NCBI GenBank assembly: GCA_964473255.1
Contig: CAYYOT010000012.1
Coordinates: 17,927-81,926, forward strand
Length of the DNA stretch: 64,000 nt
Reading direction: 5' to 3'
Origin: an uncultured Myxococcales bacterium
GTDB lineage: Bacteria > Myxococcota > Kuafuiibacteriia > Kuafuiibacteriales > Kuafuiibacteriaceae
The notes under the pieces were generated by a model. The model saw only the letters and a list, made by a program, of their open reading frames with translations. It made no database searches and had not been told where the DNA came from. The translations under genes were made by a program, and so were the position numbers. This document shows positions 1-8,455 of the stretch, in pieces; the first letter of the stretch is position 1, and every line of letters begins with the position of its first letter.

Positions 1-801
1 TTCGAGCTCGGGCACACGGAGCTGCCGTCGGCCGACGGATTCGATGCGTTTGCCGTTCGACTGAGCCCCACGGGCACCGCGCTCGAGGTCCAGACCGTAA
101 CCGGCCCCGGAGACACGCGAATGACCGCCGCGACCGTGACGGATGACGGCGGACTGGTCATGGCGGGGCGGTTCGACGGGTCGGTCCGGATCGATGGTCT
201 CGAAGCGGGCACGGGTCCGGCCGGCGTCTGGCTGGCCCACTTCGATGCGCAGCAGAGACCGGTTTGGCTGGTCACCTGGCCGGATGTCGATCTCACCGTC
301 CGCGCCTTGGCGGAGCGGGATGGTCGCTTGTGGGTGGGCGGAGAATTCTCCGGTCCCTTCCTCCGGCCTCCGGTCTCTTCGCGCGGCGCCTCCGACGGCT
401 TTCTTCTCCGCATGGCGACCCGGACCGGCGAGATCGAAGTCGCGCAGCCCTTCGGCGGGGACGGCGATGAGAGCATCTCGGCCATCGCGATCGACGGGCG
501 AGACCAGGCTTGGGTGACCGGCGTTTTTCGCGGCGTGCTCTTCGCGGGCGACGGCGATCTCGACGCCGGGCTGAGCCTGGCCGGTTTCGTCCTCGGATTC
601 GACGAGGAGCTCCGCGAGACCACGGGCCTGAGCTTCGGTTCGAGCGGCGGCGCCGGTGCCGGCGCTCGGGTTGCGCCGGGTCCGGGGGGGAGCGTGGTGG
701 TCGCCGGCGGCTTCACCGACTCACTGCAGGTGGGCGATGCGACGTTCACGACTCGTGGCCGATCCGACGTCGTCGTCTTCCAGCTCCGAACCCGCCGCTG
801 A
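1..801 (+). CDS. secreted beta-propeller-type repeat protein, 5' end outside window
   Basis: Frame is open from nt 1 (FELGHTELPSADGFDAF...). Repeated DG/GxF/VxG motifs. Ends TGA 799-801. Confidence 0.35.
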   Translation, partial: FELGHTELPSADGFDAFAVRLSPTGTALEVQTVTGPGDTRMTAATVTDDGGLVMAGRFDGSVRIDGLEAGTGPAGVWLAHFDAQQRPVWLVTWPDVDLTVRALAERDGRLWVGGEFSGPFLRPPVSSRGASDGFLLRMATRTGEIEVAQPFGGDGDESISAIAIDGRDQAWVTGVFRGVLFAGDGDLDAGLSLAGFVLGFDEELRETTGLSFGSSGGAGAGARVAPGPGGSVVVAGGFTDSLQVGDATFTTRGRSDVVVFQLRTRR

Positions 802-2532
802 GACCAGCCGCTTCCCATGATAGAGGCCGTAGGGCCGATATCCGCGGGCCTCGTAGTACCGGCGCGTCCCGACGGCCGAGATGACGGCGAGGTCCTGAAA
901 CCCGGCGGCTCGTGCCCGCTGCTCGGCTGCTCGCAATAGACGCGAGCCGAGGCCACCGTGCTGGGTCAGGCCTTCGTCCGTCGTGCCGATGCGCGCGACG
1001 GGCCCATAGACGTGCAGCTCTCGAATGATCGCACGCCCGTCGAGTTCCGGCCGAGGGGACCGCTGCCCCGGAGTCGGCAGGGATAGCCGGCAAAATCCCG
1101 CCAGCCGATCGTCGGAATCGACGGCCTCGATGAAGCTCTCGCGCCCGGAAGCGGTGGCGTACTCGCTGTATCGCACCGCGAACTCGGCCCCCATAAACGC
1201 CGCGTTTCGGACTTCGCGCGCACGGATGTCGCGCGCGGGCCATCCCTGGCGCTCGAGCTCCCGCGCGGCTCGCTGGCGAAAATTGGGCTCGCTGTTGCCG
1301 ACCACGATGTCGTGCCCGGGGATGTCCCGGATCACCCGAGAGAGTCGGCAGTAGCGGGGAGTCTCGGACAACGCAGACATCACCACGGCAAGGAGTTCAT
1401 CGTCGTCGTAAGGGCGCCATCCCCCGTCCTCGTACACGCGCATGAGCTCCGCCGACTCGACGAGACTCGTCGGGTACACCTTCAGCTCGTCCGGGCGAAT
1501 CGCAGGATCGGCGAACAGGCGGCGGTAATCCTCACGGTCGGACTCGGGGGTCGCGCCCACCAGGTTCGCCATCCAATGAGCCTGAATCTTGAATCCTGCC
1601 TGACGCAGCCGACGGACGGCGAGCTTCGTCACTTCCACCCCGTGACCGCGAGCGTTGGCGGAAAGGATGGCGTCATCGAGGCTCTGAATACCGATCTGGA
1701 CCTTCGTCGCACCGAGACGCCGAAGCTCGGAAAGGATGCGATCATCGATCTCGTCGGGCCGCGTCTCGAGCGACAGTCCCACGCACCGGAGGCGGGCATC
1801 CTGGTTCTCCGCCTGGGCCGCCTCCAGCTCTTCCCAGGTCGACCCGTCGTCCGGAGCCGGGCGCCCGCGCCAAAAATCCTGCACCACTCGATTGTAGCTG
1901 AGCTCGGGGTGGCGTCCGTCGACCTGGGCCGGGAGAGCCTCGTAGTCCACGTCGGGGAGCGCCACCCCTTCCGCGTCGAAGAAGCCATTCAGGGCATCGA
2001 AGCATCGCTTGATGAAGCCGATGCGATAGGTCTCCGGGTAGTGGGTCCAGGTTCCGCCCAGCACGATGAGCTCGATCTTGTCCAAAGGATGGCCATTCGC
2101 GTGGAGGGCCTTGAGGCGCGTCCATGTCTGGGCGAATGCATCGAAGCGAACCCGCGCAGCCCGCTGGGCTCCCGGCTCCATCGAAAGGTAGCTCTTGGGC
2201 ATGCGCACGTCGTTGGGACAGAAGACGCACCGCCCCGGACACGGGTGAGGCTTCGTCAATACGGTCACCGGAGTGACCCCACTCAGGGACCGCACCGGCT
2301 TCATGCGCAGGCGAGCGACGATGGCGTCCTCGGACCACCCGTATTGCTCCTTCAGGGCCCGGACGCCGCGAATGACTTCGCTCTTGGAAAAAAGCTGACC
2401 CGGGCCCTTGGGATGGTCGACGAACAAGCGATGGAGGCGTCGGTCGTCGAGATCAGGCGCCCTGCGGAGCGTATCGACGAGGCGCACGAGCTGGTCCTCG
2501 TGAGCCCGAACGTCGAATTCGTAGGTCCGCAT
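721..2532 (-). CDS. Elp3-like radical SAM enzyme with C-terminal GNAT acetyltransferase domain
   Basis: CPGRCVFCPN radical-SAM cysteine triad as in ELP3. C-terminal GNAT-like segment (QHGGLGSRLL...YYEARGY). 603 aa. Confidence 0.65.
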   Translation of the reverse strand: MRTYEFDVRAHEDQLVRLVDTLRRAPDLDDRRLHRLFVDHPKGPGQLFSKSEVIRGVRALKEQYGWSEDAIVARLRMKPVRSLSGVTPVTVLTKPHPCPGRCVFCPNDVRMPKSYLSMEPGAQRAARVRFDAFAQTWTRLKALHANGHPLDKIELIVLGGTWTHYPETYRIGFIKRCFDALNGFFDAEGVALPDVDYEALPAQVDGRHPELSYNRVVQDFWRGRPAPDDGSTWEELEAAQAENQDARLRCVGLSLETRPDEIDDRILSELRRLGATKVQIGIQSLDDAILSANARGHGVEVTKLAVRRLRQAGFKIQAHWMANLVGATPESDREDYRRLFADPAIRPDELKVYPTSLVESAELMRVYEDGGWRPYDDDELLAVVMSALSETPRYCRLSRVIRDIPGHDIVVGNSEPNFRQRAARELERQGWPARDIRAREVRNAAFMGAEFAVRYSEYATASGRESFIEAVDSDDRLAGFCRLSLPTPGQRSPRPELDGRAIIRELHVYGPVARIGTTDEGLTQHGGLGSRLLRAAEQRARAAGFQDLAVISAVGTRRYYEARGYRPYGLYHGKRLVSAAGSELEDDDVGSATSRERRIAHLQ

Positions 2533-2584
2533 CTCCGAGGGACGTTTTCAGAGTCGTTCCTCGTCATCAAGTCTTGACCCTGGC

Positions 2585-3325
2585 GTGTTCGGGGGCGTTG
2601 CGTTCTTGGCGTTGCACCCCATCGACGCCCTGAACCGGTCGTTCTACCGCGAACATGCGGACCGCTTCATTCGGAAGCGAGCCCATCCCTGGCCGGGTTG
2701 GAAGCGCGCCTGCGCCGGGATCGGAGGTCGACCGCGAGTACTGGACGTCGGCTGCGGCCACGGTCGCTTTTTGAGGCACTGGATCGAGTCGCACGGTCCG
2801 AACCTGGAGTACGTCGGCGTCGACTTCTCGCCCGAGCTTCTGAAAGAGAGCCAGCGGCAAACGCAAGGCCTCCTGCGCGCCCAAGACCGGGTGCGGTTCT
2901 TGGAAGGAGACGTCTGTGAGATCGACCTGCCGCCCGGGCCCTTCGACCTCATCGTCGCCTTCGGGCTGCTTCACCACGTCGCCGAGGCATCGCGGCGCAA
3001 AGACCTCGTCCGTCGACTCGCCGCCCGCGCCGGACCCGACGGCCGGGTCGTCGTCACCGTTTGGCGGGTGGCGGCCGACCCGCGACTGGCCGGCAAGAGC
3101 CTGCCCCCTCCCTCGAAACCACTTCCCGACGACGAGGGCCGCCTTCTATCGTTCGACGGCGTGGGTCGTCGCTACGTGGTCGCGATTCCCGAGGAGGAGG
3201 TCGCATCCTATCCGGCCGTCGCCGGGAGGGCGGTCGCCGACCGCTTTTTCTCCGACGGAGCAACGAACGATCTGAATCTCTACTTGGTGCTCGAAGGAAG
3301 CGCGACGCCGAGCTCGGCGAGCTGA
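2585..3325 (+). CDS. class I SAM-dependent methyltransferase
   Basis: Motif I VLDVGCGHGRF. Divergent from the Elp3-like gene. Confidence 0.65.
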   Translation: MFGGVAFLALHPIDALNRSFYREHADRFIRKRAHPWPGWKRACAGIGGRPRVLDVGCGHGRFLRHWIESHGPNLEYVGVDFSPELLKESQRQTQGLLRAQDRVRFLEGDVCEIDLPPGPFDLIVAFGLLHHVAEASRRKDLVRRLAARAGPDGRVVVTVWRVAADPRLAGKSLPPPSKPLPDDEGRLLSFDGVGRRYVVAIPEEEVASYPAVAGRAVADRFFSDGATNDLNLYLVLEGSATPSSAS

Positions 3326-4008
3326 CGGGACGCCTGGCCCGGCCAGTCCCGATTCGCCAGGGGCGACGCGGGACTGGGATGAAGGATCCGCCCGACGCTC
3401 AGCGACGTGTCGGCCGTGACCGCCCGCAGGCGCGCCTCGGCAAAAGCCCCCACTCCGACCACGCGCTTCGGTCGCAGGGCCTCGATCGTCGCGCGGAGCG
3501 CTCGATCACAGACCGCCTGGAGCGGGTCACGCTCCGACCGGGGCAGCTTGTCCGGCGTTCGGTTCTTCCCGCTCTCCTCCATGAAGACGAGCGGGCAGTA
3601 GTTCGCGATGAAGAACCGTTCGAAGAAGGCCTCGGGCGTCCCGAACGTGGCTCGGGCCCACCCCCAAAGACGGGCCCCACTGACTTCGCTACGGGCGCAG
3701 CGAAACCCTTCGATGGGACGCTTGGGGTGCTCGACCCCGGGCTTTTGGACCGATCCGTCGATCCGCAGCCAATCGCGGACGAGCGAGACCTCGCCGAAAG
3801 GAACGCCGGTTTGCGCCATGCCCCAGGGCCCCGGATTCATGCCCATGAGGAGGACTTCCTTCGGCCCGCGGCCGAAGCGGGAGAGATAGCTGCAGTGGGT
3901 CTCCCAAGCGTAGGCGAGCGGATTGTAGACATGGGTGACCGGAGGCCCGAAGGAGAGAGCATCCACCGCCGCGGACAACTCGCTGGCGATGCGCACCAGG
4001 TCTTTCAA
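3280..4008 (-). CDS. SMUG1-family uracil-DNA glycosylase
   Basis: GMNPGPWGMAQTGVPFGEV and HPSPASPLANRDW closely match SMUG1 signature motifs. The start overlaps the upstream kinase stop by 4 nt. Confidence 0.85.
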   Translation of the reverse strand: MKDLVRIASELSAAVDALSFGPPVTHVYNPLAYAWETHCSYLSRFGRGPKEVLLMGMNPGPWGMAQTGVPFGEVSLVRDWLRIDGSVQKPGVEHPKRPIEGFRCARSEVSGARLWGWARATFGTPEAFFERFFIANYCPLVFMEESGKNRTPDKLPRSERDPLQAVCDRALRATIEALRPKRVVGVGAFAEARLRAVTADTSLSVGRILHPSPASPLANRDWPGQASRQLAELGVALPSSTK

Positions 4009-4976
4009 CCGACGATCCCGACCTCGGCCTCGGCGCGCGACGCCTGCTCTTCGAGGTCCACCGTCTCACGTTCCCAGTACTGCTCGGAGTTGAAGTGCGG
4101 AAAGCTCCGAGGGAAGGCGGGGTCCGACCATCGTCGCGCAACCCAGCTGGCATAGTACACGTAACGCATGGCGCGCAGCGGCTCGACCAGGCGCAGCCAT
4201 CGGGATTCGAAGTCGCGGAACTGACGGTAGCCCTCGAGGAACACTTCGCGCTGCCGGTTGCCCTCGGCGTCGCGGTCGGGGACCAGCAGCCAGAGGTCCT
4301 GGACGGCAGGGCCCGTCACCATGTCGTCGAAGTCCAAGAAGAACCAGCCCTCCCGACCATGGAGGAGATTGCCGTGGTGGCAGTCGCCATGGATGCGGTG
4401 CGTGGGTACCCCATCGGCGGCGGCCGCATACGCCGCCCCGACGCGCTCGGCCGCCCGCCGATAGCGAGGCGCCCAGTGAGGCGGCAGGAAGGGTCCGCTT
4501 TCGAGAACTCGAAGCGGCTCTTCGATACTGCGTTCCACGGTGAGCTTCGGACGGTGGGGCGCCGAGCCGGCCGCCCCCACGTTGTGGAGGCGCGCCAGCA
4601 GCCGCCCGAGAACCTCGAGCTGGTCGTCATCCAGTTCTTCAGGCGACCGGCCGCCGGTGCGCGGCCACACCGCGTAGTGGATATCTTCCACGGTATGGAT
4701 CGTCTGACCGTCCTCGAACTCCAGCGGCGCACACACCGGGAACTCCGCCTCCTGCAGGTCCAACAGGAACCGGTGTTCGTCGTTGATGGCTTCGATGCTC
4801 CAGCGCCCCGGACGATAGAACTTGGCTACGACATGGCTTTCGTCCTCGAGCTTGAGGTCGTAGACGCGGTTCTCCAAGCAGTTGAGGGCCATGATGTGCC
4901 CCGTCGGCTCGAAGCCTCCGTTTTCGACGGCTCGTAGGACCCAGTCGTAGGTCAGTCCGACAAACCGGTCGTTCAT
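4005..4976 (-). CDS. srkA: stress-response Ser/Thr kinase SrkA (YihE/RdoA family)
   Basis: HGDCHHGNLL catalytic loop and DFDD motif. N-terminal FVGLTYDWVL. The likely start is the internal ATG (MNDRF), since the long ORF track N-terminus is Arg-rich junk. Confidence 0.7.
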   Translation of the reverse strand: MNDRFVGLTYDWVLRAVENGGFEPTGHIMALNCLENRVYDLKLEDESHVVAKFYRPGRWSIEAINDEHRFLLDLQEAEFPVCAPLEFEDGQTIHTVEDIHYAVWPRTGGRSPEELDDDQLEVLGRLLARLHNVGAAGSAPHRPKLTVERSIEEPLRVLESGPFLPPHWAPRYRRAAERVGAAYAAAADGVPTHRIHGDCHHGNLLHGREGWFFLDFDDMVTGPAVQDLWLLVPDRDAEGNRQREVFLEGYRQFRDFESRWLRLVEPLRAMRYVYYASWVARRWSDPAFPRSFPHFNSEQYWERETVDLEEQASRAEAEVGIVG

Positions 4977-5052
4977 TCGGGGCGGTGTAAATAAGCCTGA
5001 CGTGCGTGTCCAGCGGTGCCGGCATCCGGACCGCACCGCCTACGCTCGCCCG

Positions 5053-6390
5053 TCAGAAGTACAGGTTCAGGTGCTCGGGGCGCTCGGGGTTTTTGAGCGA
5101 GCGTCCCGGCTCCGGACGCCGGGCGCGCTTGGTCACCGGGCAGCTGCCGGTCTCGAGGTAGTGAAGCGCCACCCCCAGCATGCCCTCGTTCGGATCTCCG
5201 AAAGCCCCATCGACGTCGTCGCGCACCTCGCAGGATGGCTCGATGCCGTCGACGTAGTGGCCCTCGAAACGCTGATTGACGGTCTGGAAGGTCACGGGGC
5301 GAAGCACCCGGTCCCCGCAGAAACCGAAGCCATGCTGGCCGAAGGGCTTGCCGTAGGTGGACAGTCCGACGGTCGCGACCGACGCGAAGGGTGCGACTCC
5401 GCTGATGACGTGCTCCGACGCCGAGGCGGTGTCGCCCAGGGTGATGGCCACGAGCCGCTCGAAACGCGACAGACTCTGGTCCAGGGGAAGCAGCCGGTCG
5501 CTTTCCAAGCATTCGAAATTGTTCAGATTGAAGACCCGGCGAAAGAGCACTTGGCCTCGGGCTGGACGGCCGGCCAACAGGTTTCCCAAAAGACGAGCGA
5601 CCGTGATCAAGCCGCCACCGTTGTAGCGAAGGTCGAGAACGACGGTGTCGACGGCCTGTCTTTCGAAGTCGGCAAACGCCTCGCGGAGCGGCGCCTCCGC
5701 CGGCTGGATGAAGCTCCGAAGGAGGAGGTAGCCCACTTTTTCGCCCTCGACGTCGAGGATCCGGTGCAGGGGCAAGGGCGCAAAGACATGGAAGTCACGG
5801 ACCAAGGTGACTTCCCGCTCCTCGCCCGCCGGAGAGCGTACGCGGACGACGGCACGGGTCCCGGGGTCGGAGGGTCCGAGGGCTCGCGAAACGGACTCTT
5901 TGGCGGCAAGGATCTCGGAGACCGGCCGCCCGTTGATCACGACGAGCTCATCGCCCCGACGCAGCCCCAGGTCAGACGCCGGGCTCGGGGGCTCGCCCGG
6001 CTCGGTCCCGAGGACGTCGACCAGGCGCACGGTGTCGTCGACTACGCGCATCGAAAAGCCCCATCCCAGGACTTTGCCCTCTTGGAAAAAACCGACCTCG
6101 GACGAACGCGTGGTCACGTAGCTGAAGCGGTCGCGCGGCTGGATGTCGGCCAACATCGCCCAGAACAGCTCGTCCGCGGACTCATAGTCTTCGAAAGCCA
6201 GCTCGGGAAGTTGTTCGTTGAAGAGATAATGCCGGCGCAGAACGCCGTCGACGAAGCGCATCTCGTCTGCCACCGTGCAGTTCGAACTCGGGACGGAAGG
6301 AACGTCGAGCGTGCAGTTCCTGAGCTGGAGCGCGTCGTCTTCACCGCAGCTCAGCAAGCTGAGAGCGACGGCAAAGGCGAAGGGACGCAC
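5053..6390 (-). CDS. S41 family C-terminal processing peptidase (lipoprotein)
   Basis: Signal peptide plus lipobox LLSC. PDZ-like region. LDLRYNGGGL S41 motif. Confidence 0.7.
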   Translation of the reverse strand: MRPFAFAVALSLLSCGEDDALQLRNCTLDVPSVPSSNCTVADEMRFVDGVLRRHYLFNEQLPELAFEDYESADELFWAMLADIQPRDRFSYVTTRSSEVGFFQEGKVLGWGFSMRVVDDTVRLVDVLGTEPGEPPSPASDLGLRRGDELVVINGRPVSEILAAKESVSRALGPSDPGTRAVVRVRSPAGEEREVTLVRDFHVFAPLPLHRILDVEGEKVGYLLLRSFIQPAEAPLREAFADFERQAVDTVVLDLRYNGGGLITVARLLGNLLAGRPARGQVLFRRVFNLNNFECLESDRLLPLDQSLSRFERLVAITLGDTASASEHVISGVAPFASVATVGLSTYGKPFGQHGFGFCGDRVLRPVTFQTVNQRFEGHYVDGIEPSCEVRDDVDGAFGDPNEGMLGVALHYLETGSCPVTKRARRPEPGRSLKNPERPEHLNLYF

Positions 6391-6393
6391 CCT

Positions 6394-6798
6394 TCAGGCC
6401 TCGGCCGCGGGACTGGCGAAGGGTACGGCCAAGAGAAACGGCGAGATCTCCGCATCGAAGTGACTGCCGTCGGCACGGTACATTTGATAGCTGCCGTTCA
6501 TGGTTCCCCACGCGGTCCTCAGAATGCACCCCGATGTGTACTTGAAGGACTGCCGAGGCTGAAGGACCGGCTGCTCACCGACGACTCCCTCGCCCTTCAC
6601 CTCCTCGACGCGACCCTCGGCATCGGTGATCACCCAGTGTCGGCGCCTCAGCTGCACCGTGCTGGTCGACTCGTTCTTGATGTTTACGGTGTACGTGAAG
6701 GCATAGCGGTTCCGGGCCGGCTGCGACTGCTGGGGGACGAACCGCGACTCGACCCGAACCCGGACCCCGTCGGTCACTGCTTCTGACTTTCCCTCCAT
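6394..6798 (-). CDS. apaG: ApaG (DUF525) protein
   Basis: YAFTYTVNIKNES...LRRRHWVITDAEGRVEEVKGEGVVGEQPVL...GCIL matches the ApaG fold signature. Start taken at the second Met (MEGKSE). Confidence 0.75.
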   Translation of the reverse strand: MEGKSEAVTDGVRVRVESRFVPQQSQPARNRYAFTYTVNIKNESTSTVQLRRRHWVITDAEGRVEEVKGEGVVGEQPVLQPRQSFKYTSGCILRTAWGTMNGSYQMYRADGSHFDAEISPFLLAVPFASPAAEA

Positions 6799-6970
6799 GA
6801 CGCTCGGAGCGTACACACCTGGCACCCGGGCCTCCACAACAACGAGCTGATGGAGAAAACAACGAACTCATGGAGCCGATTGCTCCCGAGTCGAGCCCTC
6901 GGCCCACGCCCCGGCCCGGGCCCAGGCCCGGTCGATTCTCGATGAGGCCCCTTGGATCCCGGGTGATTAC

Positions 6971-8029
6971 GTGCCGAAAATCCGGGCGTACGCGACTCGT
7001 CATGAGGTTTCGCACGTGAAGCTCGCCCGCTCACTGGTACGCGACGCTGCGGGCCTCGCGCTCTATCGAAGCGGTCTGACCCGCCCGCTTCGGCGGTTGC
7101 GGCGTCGACTGACCGTCGTGACGTTTCATCGGGTCCTCCCCGCCGAGCAGCTTCGACGATACCCCCTTCGGGGTCTGGCGATGGAGCCCAAGGATTTTCG
7201 GTGGTTCGTCCAGTACTTCCGCCGGCACTTCGATTGCCGGACGCTCGCCGACGCCCACCAGGCCGCGAGGGCGGACGGCGATCCGCCGCGCCCTCTTCTC
7301 GCGGTGACGTTCGACGACGGTCAGATCGACAATTTCCGGTACGCGCGACCCATTCTGGACGCGTGCGGCGTTCCCGCGACCTTCTTCGTTCCGGCCGATG
7401 CCGCGCGCGGAGGGGACCCGCTGTGGCACGACCGCCTCGCCTTCGGACTTCAGCGTCTTCGGGACCGCAGCGCCCGCGAATTCGCCGAGCAATGCCGGGC
7501 TCGGGCCCAGGAGGTCGGTTCGGTGAGCGAGATGGTCGAGGCGGCGAAATCACTCGGTCCCGAGACCCGGCGGGCTTGGATCGCAGAACTCGAAGCCCAG
7601 GGCGGAACCGCCGTTCCCACTTGGGACGGCTTCATGGGCGGCGCCGAGCTCCGAACGCTGGCCGGCAGCGGGCACGAGGTGGGCTCCCACGGCGCGAGCC
7701 ACGAGCTCCTGACCGATGTGGCTCCGGACCGACTCGCGGAGGAAACCGGGGGCTCCCGGTCGGCGCTGGAGGAGCTCGTACAGGAGGCGGTGACTGCGTT
7801 CTGCTACCCGAACGGGACCCACGACCCGACCGTCCGGGCTTCGGTGAAAGCGGCGGGCTACGCTCGAGCGGTCACGACCGAATGGGGGAGCAACGACCGC
7901 ATCGACGACCCGCTCCGCCTCCGCCGATGCGACATGGCCGACGCAAACACGCGAAGGACGACCGGCGGCTTATCGGAGTCCCGTTTGGCGTGGCGGCTCT
8001 CGGGCTGGCATCCGGGACTCTCGGCGTGA
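6971..8029 (+). CDS. polysaccharide deacetylase (NodB homology domain)
   Basis: VTFDDGQIDN, ATFFV and CYPNG motifs typical of the NodB/PgdA family. Confidence 0.75.
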   Translation: MPKIRAYATRHEVSHVKLARSLVRDAAGLALYRSGLTRPLRRLRRRLTVVTFHRVLPAEQLRRYPLRGLAMEPKDFRWFVQYFRRHFDCRTLADAHQAARADGDPPRPLLAVTFDDGQIDNFRYARPILDACGVPATFFVPADAARGGDPLWHDRLAFGLQRLRDRSAREFAEQCRARAQEVGSVSEMVEAAKSLGPETRRAWIAELEAQGGTAVPTWDGFMGGAELRTLAGSGHEVGSHGASHELLTDVAPDRLAEETGGSRSALEELVQEAVTAFCYPNGTHDPTVRASVKAAGYARAVTTEWGSNDRIDDPLRLRRCDMADANTRRTTGGLSESRLAWRLSGWHPGLSA

Positions 8030-8129
8030 TGTCGATCAAGGCATTGAACCTGAAATTCAGAGAAAACTACACCTTCCAAAAATGGACGTAATCCAGCAGG
8101 ATATGTCACAAGTCCTGGTTGGGGTCGCC

Positions 8130-8375
8130 ATGCAGCATATTCGAAAGTTCGTCTTCACCGCGACGCTCGTCGCCGTCTTCTTCGGTCTCGCTCCGGGCGT
8201 CCCGATGGGCGAAGCCGAAGCCGGCTGGCTCAAAGACCTGATCCATAGGATTCGGGCGAGCCGCCAGGCCCGACAGGCCGCTCCCGAGCTCGATCCGGGC
8301 ACGGCGGGGCAAGCCATGGTGGTGCTGGCCGGCGGGGCCTATCTGATCGCTGGCCGTCGTCGTAAGAACGTCTGA
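8130..8375 (+). CDS. exosortase target mini-protein with VPEID-like C-terminal sorting signal (APELD motif, TM helix, RRRK tail)
   Basis: Signal peptide MQHIRKFVFTATLVAVFFGLAPGVPMGEAEA. C-terminus APELDPGTAGQAMVVLAGGAYLIAGRRRKNV has the PEP-CTERM-like tripartite architecture. The ORF track starts at 8082, but a GGGG RBS precedes the ATG at 8130. Confidence 0.6.
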   Translation: MQHIRKFVFTATLVAVFFGLAPGVPMGEAEAGWLKDLIHRIRASRQARQAAPELDPGTAGQAMVVLAGGAYLIAGRRRKNV

Positions 8376-8455
8376 TCGAAACGCAGGGAACTTCAGGCGA
8401 GGCGGGGCTCTCGCCTCCGCCGCGGACGCCTCCGGCGCCGCCCCTCTCCTGGGCG

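Noticed and set aside
5002-6786. 594-aa plus-strand ORF
   Set aside because: It is antisense to the S41 peptidase and apaG. The translation is an Arg/Gly-rich low-complexity shadow typical of high-GC DNA.
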